Below are positions 9,242 to 19,817 of a stretch of DNA of 64,000 bases, in pieces. Positions within the stretch are counted from its first letter, which is position 1; each line of letters begins with the position of its first letter. The position numbers and the translations under genes were made by a program. The notes beneath the pieces were generated by a model that had not been told where the DNA came from, did no database searches, and worked only from the letters and a program-made list of their open reading frames with translations. This DNA is from an uncultured archaeon. GTDB taxonomy: Archaea > Asgardarchaeota > Lokiarchaeia > Sigyniarchaeales > SOKP01. The stretch covers positions 1 to 64,000 of the forward strand of contig CAZWEM010000014.1 of the NCBI GenBank assembly GCA_964632315.1, written 5' to 3'.

Positions 9242-11487
9242 TGCCAAAAGTAAATACCGATGGAAATGAGTTGCAGGTTGATTTAACAGAAAATGAAATC
9301 AAGCAAATCAAGAATGAACTTGATCATAACCCCACTTTAACTGAATGGGGGATGTTTGACGTAATGCATTCAGAACACTGTTCTTATAAGTCATCACGAC
9401 CAAAATTAAAGTTATTTGAAGATGCCGAGAAAAATTATGACTATGTATTAGCTGGTCCGGGTCAAGACGCTGGCGTGATCGACATTGGAGATGGTTATGC
9501 TTTAGCTTTTCGAATTGAGTCTCACAATCATCCTTCTGCCATTGAACCGTATCATGGGGCGGCTACAGGAATTGGAGGAATTATTAGAGACATCTTATGT
9601 ATGGGTGTACGACCAATAGCATTATTAGATCCTTTGAGATTTGGTACATTAAAAGATAATCCCCATTCTCAGTGGCTTTTCAAATACGTTGTAAAGGGAA
9701 TTGCAGATTATGGAAATTGTACAGGAATTCCAACTATAGGAGGAGAAGTTGAATTTGATAAGAGTTTTGAGAGTAATTGCTTAGTTAATGTAGCATGCAT
9801 TGGTTTAGGTACTATAGATGATTTCAAGTATGCTCCAAGTAGAGCATATAATCCAGGAGATTATATCATTCTAATGGGGGGGTCCACTGGAAGAGATGGA
9901 ATTCATGGGGTAACTTTTGCATCTCGCACTTTAACCGAAATGTCAGAGGCAGATAGGCCAGCAGTTCAAATTGGTGATCCATTTACGAAAAAACTCATAA
10001 TCGAGGCAACATTGGAGGCAATAAGAACAGGATTTGTAAGGGGATTAAAGGATCTAGGTGGAGGCGGATTTTCCTGCGCTTTAAGTGAATTAACTGGAGA
10101 TGGAGGTACTGGAGCAAGTATTGATATGAGAAAGATCTTTACTAGAGAACCTGGAATGAACTCTTTTGAAGTGATGTTATCAGAATCACAGGAAAGAATG
10201 GCTTTTGTTGTCAAACCTGAAGGTTTAAATAAGGTATTGGAAGTATTTGAAAAGTATGAAATGGCTCATGCTGTTGTAGGAAGAACGGATGATTCTAAAA
10301 TATTAAAAGTCTATGATGGAGAGAATTTAGTCGTTAGTCTACCAGCGACAGCACTCTCTGATGCGCCCACAATTCCTCGAAAAGAAAAAAGACCTTCGAA
10401 TCTAGATGCCTTAATAACTCAAAAAACTCCTCCTCCTCCCATAGAACTTGATGAAATTATATATAAATTGATTTCTTCAGAAAACATTTGTAGTAAGGAA
10501 TGGGTTTATAGACAATATGATCATGAAGTTGGAGTGCGATCGATAGTTAAATGTGGAGAAGGTGATTCCGGAGTTCTAAGAATTATAGGAACAAACAAAT
10601 TTATCGCAGCAAGTGTCGGAACAAACTCTAAACACTGCTATCTGGACCCCTATAATGGTGCAAAAGAAGCATTAGTCGAGGAATGTGATAATGTGATTGC
10701 AAATGGAGCAAAACCGAAAGCAATGGTTAATTGTTGTAATTTTGGGAACCCAGAAATACCAGAATCTTTCTGGTACTTTGCAGAATCCGTGAGGGGGATG
10801 GCAGATGGTTGTCGAGAACTTAGGATTCCAGTAGTAGGGGGAAATGTTTCGTTTTATAATGAAGATGAGGTTAATAAAACCGCGATCAAAGCTACTCCAG
10901 AAGTAATGATAGTAGGTATCATCGAAGGATATGAAAATATCATAACTTTACCATTTAAAAAAAGAGGAGATGATATTTACATCATTGGTGATACCAAGGC
11001 AGAATTAGGAGGCTCAGAATATCACTCGATAATTCATGAAATTGAGGGAGGAAATCCTCCTAGCGTGAATTTATCTGATATCAAATTGAGATGGGATTTT
11101 CTCTTTAATCTCTATGAAGAACACCTTGTTAAGGCAAATCATGATGTTAATAAAGGAGGATTTATTATCACCATCACAGAAATGTGTTTTAAAGAAAATT
11201 TTGGTGCGAATATTGATCTAAAAGATTATAACTCCTATGGTTTACATGATGATGAATTATTATTTAGCGAATCAGCAGGTAGATTCATAATTGAAGTTGA
11301 GCCATCGAACAAGGAGAAAGTTCTAGAGTATGCTAAAAAATTTGGGGTGTCTCTTACAAAAATAGGAGAAATCACTGAGGATCCATTTATTAAAATAACA
11401 GGATTGAAATCTAAAGGCATTGAATTGAACTTGAAAAGATTAAAAAGAAATTATCAATCAACAATCCCAGATCTTATGGAATTATGA
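9241..11487 (+). CDS. purL: FGAM synthase subunit PurL
   Basis: SEHCSYKS, ESHNHPSAIEPYHGAATGIGG, SESQERM, QYDHEVG, GGNVSFYN. Confidence 0.97.
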   Translation: MPKVNTDGNELQVDLTENEIKQIKNELDHNPTLTEWGMFDVMHSEHCSYKSSRPKLKLFEDAEKNYDYVLAGPGQDAGVIDIGDGYALAFRIESHNHPSAIEPYHGAATGIGGIIRDILCMGVRPIALLDPLRFGTLKDNPHSQWLFKYVVKGIADYGNCTGIPTIGGEVEFDKSFESNCLVNVACIGLGTIDDFKYAPSRAYNPGDYIILMGGSTGRDGIHGVTFASRTLTEMSEADRPAVQIGDPFTKKLIIEATLEAIRTGFVRGLKDLGGGGFSCALSELTGDGGTGASIDMRKIFTREPGMNSFEVMLSESQERMAFVVKPEGLNKVLEVFEKYEMAHAVVGRTDDSKILKVYDGENLVVSLPATALSDAPTIPRKEKRPSNLDALITQKTPPPPIELDEIIYKLISSENICSKEWVYRQYDHEVGVRSIVKCGEGDSGVLRIIGTNKFIAASVGTNSKHCYLDPYNGAKEALVEECDNVIANGAKPKAMVNCCNFGNPEIPESFWYFAESVRGMADGCRELRIPVVGGNVSFYNEDEVNKTAIKATPEVMIVGIIEGYENIITLPFKKRGDDIYIIGDTKAELGGSEYHSIIHEIEGGNPPSVNLSDIKLRWDFLFNLYEEHLVKANHDVNKGGFIITITEMCFKENFGANIDLKDYNSYGLHDDELLFSESAGRFIIEVEPSNKEKVLEYAKKFGVSLTKIGEITEDPFIKITGLKSKGIELNLKRLKRNYQSTIPDLMEL

Positions 11488-12914
11488 GTTCAAGAGATAA
11501 AGTTAGGGACTATTGTGGCGTATTTGGAGTCATTAGTAGTGATTTTAGTTTTTCCGTTGCAGGGATGATATACTCTGGATTAATGGCACTTCAACATCGA
11601 GGACAAATATTTTCTGGAATTAGTATGAGCGATTGCCACGGAAATATCATATCTCATACGGGGAAAGGATTAGTTTCAAAAGTCTTAAACCCTAAACATT
11701 TAAGAGGTTTTTCAGGTAATGTAGGTATAGGCCATGTATGCTATGGAAGGCCAAATTGCGAAAGCTTGGAAAGTGCTCAACCCTACTATTATAAAACACA
11801 CAACAACGAATTTTCAGTTGCATTAAACGGGACGATAACAAATCGAGAACAACTAGTTCAAAAACTCAATAATATGGGTCGTTTTATCTCTGGAAATTCT
11901 AGCATTGAATTAATTGCCACGCTAATCGACGCCCTTATTGTATTGACAGATGATCGATTTGGAGTCTTAAAAAATTTATTTAATGTCGTTAAAGGTGCTT
12001 ATTCTCTGTTAATCATCTTTAGCGATGGAACAGTTTACGCTTTAAGAGATCCTAGTGGCTGTAAACCATTATGTTACGGTCAATTTAAAAATGATGATAA
12101 AAAATTTTATATAATATCCTCAGAATCATGTGCTTTAGATGTATTAGGGGGAAAATTGATAGATGACATCCATCCAGGGCAAGTCATTGAATTTAGGCTT
12201 GATTCCTTGCAACAATTTCAAGAAAAAATATCAAATCAAAATGGAGTGTGTCTTTTTGAATACATTTATTTCGCTAGACCTGATTCAATTATTGATGGTA
12301 TATCAGTTGCTCAAGTAAGGTATAAGTTAGGAGAAAACTTAGCGCTTGATGATGATATGAATTTGAGCAATCCAATAGTAGTGCCCGTGCCAGATTCAGG
12401 AAGAAGCGCTGCAATGGGATATTCTTGGAAATCTAAGATCCTCTATCAAGAAGGATTAATGAAGAATCGTTATATGTGGAAATTAAGTAGCCAAACTCGG
12501 AATAAACTCAATCCCATAAAATCAGTAATCACGGGAAGTGATATAATTTTAATAGATGATTCCATTGTAAGTGGAAATACATTGAAAGAGATTATTTATA
12601 TGCTGAGAAAAGAAGGTGCAAATTCAATCCATGTTCGTATTAGTTGTCCACCAATTATTAAAAACTGCAATCTTAATGATGTTTTTGCAACAAGGACGTT
12701 GCTAATAGCACATGATACCAAAGAAAAAAATTATGATAATTTTGATGAGGAAATGCGGAAATTTATTGATGCTGATAGTCTAAAATTTCAAACGTATGAT
12801 GGCCTAATTAACGCTGTAGGTAATGCTTCCAAGGGAATGTGTAAAACCTGTATAAGAGAATTTTGCTTAATTGATGAAAATATAGAAAGAGACGCAAAAG
12901 AACTTATAAATTAG
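11484..12914 (+). CDS. purF: Amidophosphoribosyltransferase PurF, divergent
   Basis: CGVFG after a short propeptide, LQHRGQ, CLFEYIYFARPDS, PVPDSG, DDSIVSGNT, CKTC; several glutamine-site residues altered (see findings). Confidence 0.85.
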   Translation: MSSRDKVRDYCGVFGVISSDFSFSVAGMIYSGLMALQHRGQIFSGISMSDCHGNIISHTGKGLVSKVLNPKHLRGFSGNVGIGHVCYGRPNCESLESAQPYYYKTHNNEFSVALNGTITNREQLVQKLNNMGRFISGNSSIELIATLIDALIVLTDDRFGVLKNLFNVVKGAYSLLIIFSDGTVYALRDPSGCKPLCYGQFKNDDKKFYIISSESCALDVLGGKLIDDIHPGQVIEFRLDSLQQFQEKISNQNGVCLFEYIYFARPDSIIDGISVAQVRYKLGENLALDDDMNLSNPIVVPVPDSGRSAAMGYSWKSKILYQEGLMKNRYMWKLSSQTRNKLNPIKSVITGSDIILIDDSIVSGNTLKEIIYMLRKEGANSIHVRISCPPIIKNCNLNDVFATRTLLIAHDTKEKNYDNFDEEMRKFIDADSLKFQTYDGLINAVGNASKGMCKTCIREFCLIDENIERDAKELIN

Positions 12915-13077
12915 AATTTAAAATTTAAATCATGTTTTTTATGATTCATCAACTTTAATATGAGAATCCTTGGAAGGTCTCGCACTGAAGTTGTTCGTAC
13001 TCTGATCACGAAATTAATATTTCTAAACCATTAATTTGATAAGTAGTGGATAATAAGTACATAAATAGGAAAATTAA

Positions 13078-13314
13078 ATAATTGGTGTTTCTATTATTCG
13101 TGCAAGAGCTTGCATTCGATGTAAAGAATATATTCCCATCCATCCTGATAATCCTTTAAATCAGAATATGATCAATTTGTTCGAGAAAAAACATCATCAG
13201 CACACATTAATCACTGTTAATATTGATGAAATTAGAGATGAATATCAAGCTTATAAAAATAATGAAAATGAGAACCATAATTCAGAACAAAGAGATTCAC
13301 GAATAAGTGCCTAA
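13078..13314 (+). CDS. Small putative Zn-binding protein (CxxC...HxxH); no ATG/GTG/TTG before the cysteines (not in ORF track)
   Basis: In-frame TAA at 13075-77, then ATA ATT GGT: IGVSIIRARACIRCKEYIPIHPDNPLNQNMINLFEKKHHQHTLITVNIDEIRDEYQAY... to TAA 13312-14. Confidence 0.7.
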   Translation: MIGVSIIRARACIRCKEYIPIHPDNPLNQNMINLFEKKHHQHTLITVNIDEIRDEYQAYKNNENENHNSEQRDSRISA

Positions 13315-13327
13315 TTTTTGTTTCTTT

Positions 13328-14104
13328 TCAACCATTTAAAATTGAAGAAAATGAATCTATAATTTTATCAGGTTTTATTGAAATCCTCGTATTATCATAT
13401 AATTTTCCCTTTCCAGTTTTTACCAAAAAAGCTTTAATGCCAGATTTCATCGCACCCTGGATGTCAGATTCAATATCATCTCCTATGACCAAGGTATTTT
13501 CGCGCTTTGTTCCAAGTAATTTGAGTGCTTCATTGAAAAAGGTTTTTGAAGGTTTCCCAAAGATTATTGGATCGACATTTGCAGCATAAGCAATGAGTTG
13601 AACAAAAGATCCCGTATCGATTACAGGTTTTCCTTCATGATCAAGGAAATAACGATTGCCTTGAGTTCCCAATAACTTAGCACCGTTTAAAACGTGCCTG
13701 AATGCTTGATTAAGACGATTTAAATTCCAATCATCTTGAAAATCAGAAATAATGACATAGTCTGGAATTTGATCTTTCTCTACCACATTAAACTCTCCAA
13801 ATTCACTCCTTATTTCGCTCGTAGTCACTAAAAAAAGAGAGGATTTCGATTTAGATTTTAAAAATTCTTTCAATGCTATAATGGGGCTGAAGATTTCCTT
13901 TTCCTCGATTTGAAATCCAAAATCTTTCAAAATTGAATATATAGTTTTAGGTGTCTTACTATCTGTATTTGTAAAAAAGAGTATTTTGACACCTCTTTTT
14001 TTAAGTTCTGAGACAGTTTCAATTGCTCCCTTTATTGGTTTTCCCTTAAAATAAAGCGTGCCATCTATGTCAGAAAGGATACCTTTAATGCTATTAACTT
14101 CCAT
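13328..14104 (-). CDS. HAD-IIA hydrolase (LHPP/HDHD2/NagD-like)
   Basis: DIDGTL, FTN, FGKPS, IGDDIESDIQGA, LVKTGK. Confidence 0.9.
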   Translation of the reverse strand: MEVNSIKGILSDIDGTLYFKGKPIKGAIETVSELKKRGVKILFFTNTDSKTPKTIYSILKDFGFQIEEKEIFSPIIALKEFLKSKSKSSLFLVTTSEIRSEFGEFNVVEKDQIPDYVIISDFQDDWNLNRLNQAFRHVLNGAKLLGTQGNRYFLDHEGKPVIDTGSFVQLIAYAANVDPIIFGKPSKTFFNEALKLLGTKRENTLVIGDDIESDIQGAMKSGIKAFLVKTGKGKLYDNTRISIKPDKIIDSFSSILNG

Positions 14105-14459
14105 GTTTATGAAATCAAGTTAATATTAGTTTAGTCTATTCAAAAATTGATTTATACATATTAAATTGTTATAGTTAAAAAAGATAGAAAAAAAGAAAGG
14201 AGTTTAATTTTAGCTTACGTGAAGTGGAAAAAAATATTTTTTTTACCTAATCACTAACTTTGATTAATCACCTTATCACAGTGGTTGAGCAACGGGAAAT
14301 ATTTCCCATCGTCACATAAATATTAAAAATGACAACTTATAAATGTTTGTATGTTTCAGATTTTATGAAAGAAACTTCATTTTCATTGAGAAGAATTTCC
14401 TATTCTTGAGAGAATGTTTAATAATATTTTAGAAAAATGAAAAACATTTAATTGAAGAA

Positions 14460-16397
14460 TTAATGATTTACCCAAACAGCCATTTCACTTCTTCCTCGAT
14501 TAGCCCAAGCATAGTAAGGAATTGCTATCAACTCACGCTGTATATTACTTCCAGCTTTGGGTTTCAACCTTATTGTTGGAACTTGAATAGCCAAATGGGT
14601 ATTGAATTCATAGATTAATTTATCATCATCATCAATTCCAATTTTATGGACATTTGGATTGTCTATAGATTCAAAACAGTATACTAAAGGACCTCTTTCT
14701 AATGCAATTTTTCCCGTATTTTCTTTTACTTTTGGATGTGATACCACTCGATTTATTGGCATTGGAATATTTAATTGAATAACATCTCCCTTTTCCCAAT
14801 TTCGCGTTATCCGAAAATAACCTTTTTCATCTATTTTTACCTCATATGTGCTACCGTTTAGTTTAGCTTTAACTTCCACATTTTCTTGATTATTTATATA
14901 GCGATAGAGATCGCTTGGTATGGGCTTTTTTTGACACCAACCAGGAATTCTTATCGAAAGCGTAAATTGAACGATCTTTTCTGGGTTAATCTCAAAATCA
15001 ATCAAGCCATCCATTGGATATTTAGATCTTTGATGAATATCAACGTTTACACCTTCAATTTCCACTCTCGTCTCACTCCCGAGGAATATGTTAATATAAA
15101 AAGTATTTTTTCTGTAAGAATAAATATAACTTTGAATTTGAGGAATAAATCGTACAAGATTGGAAGGACAGCAGGGAACTTCGAACCAAGATCTACGGAA
15201 TTGATCTCCGGTAGAGGCTAAAGGATTCGGATAAAAAAATTTATCCCCTTTACACGATATTCCTGAGAGCAATCCATTATACAAAATACGTTCTAAAACG
15301 TCAAAATATTTCGTGTCCCCATGAATTCGATATAATCGATAATTCCAAAAAATGTTTCCAATTGAAGCACACGTTTCATTATAAACTCCAATCTCATTAC
15401 CTCTATCATAAAAATTGGGTAATATATAGGCTTCGTCAAATGCTTCTCCATCTGCTTTAGCTCCTATGCCTCCAGTTAACGACATTTTATGAGATACAAC
15501 ATCTTCCCAGATCCGATCTAATGCCTTGATATACTCCTCATCATTAAAAAATACTCCAATATCAGCCATTGCAGAATACATGTATGTAGCTCTAACTGCA
15601 TGTCCGACTGCTTCTTTTTGATTAATAACAAGTTGATGAGTTTGATTATATTTAAATCTCTCTGAATCTAACCAAGGTAGTTTGTTTTCACTTTGAGAAA
15701 CATATTCCTTATATCCTTTTCGAGTTGTTTTTCCTCGAATGTCAAGAAAAAATTTAGCTAAATCCATATATTTTCGATCCCCTGTGACTTCATATAAACG
15801 TGGTAATGCTAATTCAATTTCTTGATGTCCGGGGGGACTCTCAATTTTTCCATAGCCAAATGTATCATTTATTAGTTCTGCATTTTTCAATGCTACTTTT
15901 AATAATGAATTTTTTCCTGTAGAAAGGTGATATGCTATAGCAGCTTCATAAAGATGCCCAACATTATAGAGCTCATGACTAAAAATGCTCACGTTTTCCC
16001 ATCGATGTTTTCCGGAAAAGAAATGAGGATTTTCGGGGTTCATGGTCCGAAACGTGTAAAGATATCCATCATCTTCTTGAGCAGCTATTATCGTCTCAAT
16101 GATATCATCAAGTTTATTTTCTAATCTTAAATCTGGCTTTAGAAATAGGGAATAAGCAATTCCTTCCAGTGTCTTATAAACATCTGAATCATCGAAAGGT
16201 AATTTCGAAGATTTTTTTTCTTTTGATAATCCTCCAGCAATCTCAAAATTTGCCAGTCTTCTTGATTTTTCACATTTACGTAATACATGGGGTATTGTTG
16301 TATTTATGCAACGATCAACAATAGGTTTCCAGAAACTATCCGTTAGTTTAACATCTTTGAAACCTATTTTTTGGTAAGGATACTCTATTTTTTTCAT
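14460..16397 (-). CDS. Glycoside hydrolase family 127 (beta-L-arabinofuranosidase-like)
   Basis: FDDSDVYK, HELYNVGHL, GHQEIELAL, GHAVRA, YNETCAS, CCPSN, IPYYAWANRG. Confidence 0.92.
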   Translation of the reverse strand: MKKIEYPYQKIGFKDVKLTDSFWKPIVDRCINTTIPHVLRKCEKSRRLANFEIAGGLSKEKKSSKLPFDDSDVYKTLEGIAYSLFLKPDLRLENKLDDIIETIIAAQEDDGYLYTFRTMNPENPHFFSGKHRWENVSIFSHELYNVGHLYEAAIAYHLSTGKNSLLKVALKNAELINDTFGYGKIESPPGHQEIELALPRLYEVTGDRKYMDLAKFFLDIRGKTTRKGYKEYVSQSENKLPWLDSERFKYNQTHQLVINQKEAVGHAVRATYMYSAMADIGVFFNDEEYIKALDRIWEDVVSHKMSLTGGIGAKADGEAFDEAYILPNFYDRGNEIGVYNETCASIGNIFWNYRLYRIHGDTKYFDVLERILYNGLLSGISCKGDKFFYPNPLASTGDQFRRSWFEVPCCPSNLVRFIPQIQSYIYSYRKNTFYINIFLGSETRVEIEGVNVDIHQRSKYPMDGLIDFEINPEKIVQFTLSIRIPGWCQKKPIPSDLYRYINNQENVEVKAKLNGSTYEVKIDEKGYFRITRNWEKGDVIQLNIPMPINRVVSHPKVKENTGKIALERGPLVYCFESIDNPNVHKIGIDDDDKLIYEFNTHLAIQVPTIRLKPKAGSNIQRELIAIPYYAWANRGRSEMAVWVNH

Positions 16398-16490
16398 GAT
16401 AAGTCTTGTATTTTATTAATATATTTCAAAATATAGACCAGATAATATTTTTTATGATGTAAATATTTATTTCACTAAGAGAGGAACCTT

Positions 16491-17060
16491 ATGAAAATTA
16501 GCGTCGATATAGATGGAGTCTTGCTTGATACTATGATAACTTACTGTGAAATTTTTAATAAAAAATATGGGACTACATATTCAAAAAACGATGTGACTGA
16601 TTGGGAATTCTTTCATGATTGGAATATTTCCGAAAGTGAAGCTTGGGAAATTTTTCTCCAAATCTATGAGAATTCAATGGATTCTCCATTCATCGACAAG
16701 GGAATTCCCGAAATTCTTAAAGAAATTAATAAAAATTATGATGTTTACATTGTTTCAGCCCGAATGGATGAGTATAGGCGACCAATTGTGAGAAAGTTAA
16801 GGAATCATGGAATTTATCGAAAAATTCATTATTCAGATTTAATCTTACTCTTCCATAAACCTTATGATCTAAAATTAAAAAGTAAATTTGATGTATACAT
16901 AGATGATAGTCCCAACTTGGTTGAACCGATAAAAAAGTTGAAAGATCGTGTATTACTCCTATATGACCAACCTTGGAATCAAAAAGCAAAAATAGAAGAA
17001 AATGTGATTCGAGTTAAAAATTGGGGAGACATAGCCGATTACTTTCAAAATTTAAAATAG
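16491..17060 (+). CDS. 5'(3')-deoxyribonucleotidase-like HAD protein (NT5C family)
   Basis: VDIDGVL, VSAR, YIDDSP, QPWN. Confidence 0.85.
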   Translation: MKISVDIDGVLLDTMITYCEIFNKKYGTTYSKNDVTDWEFFHDWNISESEAWEIFLQIYENSMDSPFIDKGIPEILKEINKNYDVYIVSARMDEYRRPIVRKLRNHGIYRKIHYSDLILLFHKPYDLKLKSKFDVYIDDSPNLVEPIKKLKDRVLLLYDQPWNQKAKIEENVIRVKNWGDIADYFQNLK

Positions 17061-17065
17061 AAAAT

Positions 17066-17668
17066 TTATTTAATAAATTCAAAACCAAGATCAAAAGCCT
17101 TAAGATTTACATCAATTGCTTTTTTTGGAACAACTTGAGGAATCACTGATTGTAATTGATTTTTTGATAAAGGAAATCCTTCTAATTTTGAAAGAGCACC
17201 AAGTAACACAACATTAGAGGTCAGAGTATTGCCTGCTTTTGTTGCTAATTCTAAAGCATTTATAAGAAAAATTTTATCGGTTAATTTATTTAACTTTTGT
17301 ATAATTTCACTAATTTCTACATATTTCTCATCATCATTATTAACTCGAAGGTACGTGCTCCCAACTGGTTGCCAAATGTAATCATTTAAGATGATCACTC
17401 CATTAGGTTTTATGAATTCAATATATCGAAGCGTTTCTATTGCCTCCATTCCTAATAATGCATCGGCTTCGCCAAAGGGAATTAGAGGAGAAAAAATATT
17501 TTTTCCAATCCTTATGTGGGTATATATTGAACCAGAACGCTGCGCTAAACCATGAGTTTCGGCTGTCCTAATGTTCAAACCGTATTCCGCGCAAGCTAAG
17601 CCAATGATATTGGACACTAACATTAAACCTTGACCGCCGACTCCACATGTCATTACATTATAGGTCAT
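17066..17668 (-). CDS. iorB: Indolepyruvate:ferredoxin oxidoreductase beta subunit
   Basis: GVGGQG, ETHGLAQRSGS, SPLIPFGEAD, NVVLLGA. Confidence 0.93.
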   Translation of the reverse strand: MTYNVMTCGVGGQGLMLVSNIIGLACAEYGLNIRTAETHGLAQRSGSIYTHIRIGKNIFSPLIPFGEADALLGMEAIETLRYIEFIKPNGVIILNDYIWQPVGSTYLRVNNDDEKYVEISEIIQKLNKLTDKIFLINALELATKAGNTLTSNVVLLGALSKLEGFPLSKNQLQSVIPQVVPKKAIDVNLKAFDLGFEFIK

Positions 17669-19646
17669 GGCGCACCTCCCTTTCTTTTGAAAATATTTTT
17701 ATCACATCTTTCTCTGAACGGTTTTTATGATCAGTATAAGGACAAAGCATTGAACAAACACCACATCCATCACATAATTCAGTAGAAATGTGAGAGGAGT
17801 ACCCTTCCCACGTTTTTCCTTTTTCGTCCGTGTAATGAGATTCTATAGTTTCCATGCTTATGGCTGGGCAGTAAAAATCTTTCATGCATGTATGACATTT
17901 TCTGCAGATCTCATTGTCAATATAAAACGGCTGGATTTTTTCTCCTTGCTTTCGTTTGTTTCTATCATTCCACAACGCACAAGCTCCACGTGAAATTATC
18001 ACAGTCGGGCCTTTACTGTCTAAGGCTTTTTTAAATGATGTCATACTATTTTTAACATCGAAACAATTATTTATTATCACATTCTTAAAACCCATACCTT
18101 TCAATACATTTTCAATTTGAATTTTGTGTTTAGGTATCCCAGAAGGTCCATAACCGGTTCCAGGATTAGGTTGCTGACCCGTCATAGCGGTTACTGAATT
18201 GTCTAAAATAATGATCATTACGTCCTCTTGGTTATTACTTACGTTAATCATTCCGGGTAATCCTGCGTGAAAAAAAGTACTATCCCCAATAACCGATATC
18301 ACTTTTTCCTCTGATGCTAAGGAAACACCGCTTCCCGTACCAATTGTAGCGCCCATTGCAAGGAGAAGATCATCGGGATGAAGTTTAGAGTAAACATTTT
18401 TATTTAAGAGTAGCATTGAATAGCAACCAATGTCATTCATAAAAGCTAATTTTTCACTTTTACCGCCAATTGCTCGCTGTAGCGCCCAAAAAGTTGCTCT
18501 ATGAGGACATCCTGGACAAAACACAGGAATCCTCACAGGGAGGATAGATTTAAGTTCATTCGCGGTATTCAAGATACTTTTATAATTATGGTCAGATTGT
18601 ATTTTAAATACTTCTCTAATCACATTTAGAACAAGAGGGATATTATACTCATTTGCTTCACTAAAATGCCCTGAAATCTTCCCTACAATCTTTATTTGAG
18701 GATTTATATCCTTAGATAAAGCCCTTATCTTATTTTCTAAGAACGGTGATAATTCTTCAACAATAATCACGGTTTTCAACGATTTTATGAATGATTTCAG
18801 TAGGTTTTCAGGTAAAGGATTTGTAGTTCCTAATTTAAGTAATAAAGGGTTAATATTTAATTTTTCAACAGACTCTAACACATAATTATAAGAGATTCCT
18901 GAGGTTATTATCCCGATTTCAGAATTTTCTCCCATAATTCTATTAAATTTTGAATTTTCAAACTCATCCCTTAAAGCATCCCTTTTCTTTAATAATTCTG
19001 CTTTAAGCTCTCTTGCTCGAGAACCAACAGTGGCGTAGCTTCTATTATATGAACGAAAACTACTGGGAGCAAATTTTAATCGATTTAATGGTCCCAATGG
19101 AACAATTGTGGATTGGTGGTTTATTCGCGTTGTGGTTCTAATGAGTACTAGTGTCTTGAATTTTTCAGAGATTGCAAATGCTTCTTTTACCATTTGCTTT
19201 GCTTCAACTGGATCAGTTGGTTCTAACATAGGAAAGTATCCATATTCCGCAAAAAAACGCCCATCTTCCTCACTCTGTGAGGAATGGCAATATGGATCAT
19301 CCGCAAATACTAATACGCACCCTTTATTTACCCCGGTATATCCTAAGCTGAAAAAAGTATCCGATGCAACGTTCAAACCCACGCTTTTTAAGGCAGTAAA
19401 TGATCTCTGACCTGCCATTGACGCACCTGCAATTATCTCTAAAGCAACCTTCTCATTCGTTGCAATTTCCATTTTCAAATCCATTTTATCAGAAATCTGA
19501 TAGAAAGTATCTAATATTTCTGAAACAGGTGATCCTGGATAAAAAGCTACGACTTTTACATCTGCTTCTAATGCCCCTCTAACTATAGCTTCATTACAAA
19601 ATAAGAATGCTTTTTCCTTTTCTTCTGAAATAACATCAACTATCAA
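17658..19646 (-). CDS. iorA: Indolepyruvate:ferredoxin oxidoreductase alpha subunit
   Basis: YPGSP, NEKVALE, KSVGLNVASD, CPGCPHR, DIGCY, GDSTFFH TPP motif, C-terminal ferredoxin CxxCxxC...CP twice. Confidence 0.95.
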   Translation of the reverse strand: MIVDVISEEKEKAFLFCNEAIVRGALEADVKVVAFYPGSPVSEILDTFYQISDKMDLKMEIATNEKVALEIIAGASMAGQRSFTALKSVGLNVASDTFFSLGYTGVNKGCVLVFADDPYCHSSQSEEDGRFFAEYGYFPMLEPTDPVEAKQMVKEAFAISEKFKTLVLIRTTTRINHQSTIVPLGPLNRLKFAPSSFRSYNRSYATVGSRARELKAELLKKRDALRDEFENSKFNRIMGENSEIGIITSGISYNYVLESVEKLNINPLLLKLGTTNPLPENLLKSFIKSLKTVIIVEELSPFLENKIRALSKDINPQIKIVGKISGHFSEANEYNIPLVLNVIREVFKIQSDHNYKSILNTANELKSILPVRIPVFCPGCPHRATFWALQRAIGGKSEKLAFMNDIGCYSMLLLNKNVYSKLHPDDLLLAMGATIGTGSGVSLASEEKVISVIGDSTFFHAGLPGMINVSNNQEDVMIIILDNSVTAMTGQQPNPGTGYGPSGIPKHKIQIENVLKGMGFKNVIINNCFDVKNSMTSFKKALDSKGPTVIISRGACALWNDRNKRKQGEKIQPFYIDNEICRKCHTCMKDFYCPAISMETIESHYTDEKGKTWEGYSSHISTELCDGCGVCSMLCPYTDHKNRSEKDVIKIFSKEREVRHDL

Positions 19647-19817
19647 ATTTAATACACAATAATAAGTTGCTAATATCTTGAAATAATATTTGAGTAGTTT
19701 GCATTTAATTTTGATTGTTATTATTTATAAAAAATCTTGACTCTCTTCACTAATCAAACGCCCTCTTTTTTGTTTTACATATGATTAAATAAAATTAATT
19801 TATTGAATACTTAAATC

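Noticed and set aside
12960-13033. Slightly GC-richer patch after purF with a 24-codon ORF and two CTGA motifs
   Set aside because: Too short, no convincing C box or stable fold; cannot support a peptide or sRNA call
14285-14316. GUGA-led hairpin considered as a SECIS or C/D box RNA
   Set aside because: It lacks the 3' GA of the core and any CUGA D box; the upstream GH127 gene ends in TAA with no internal UGA
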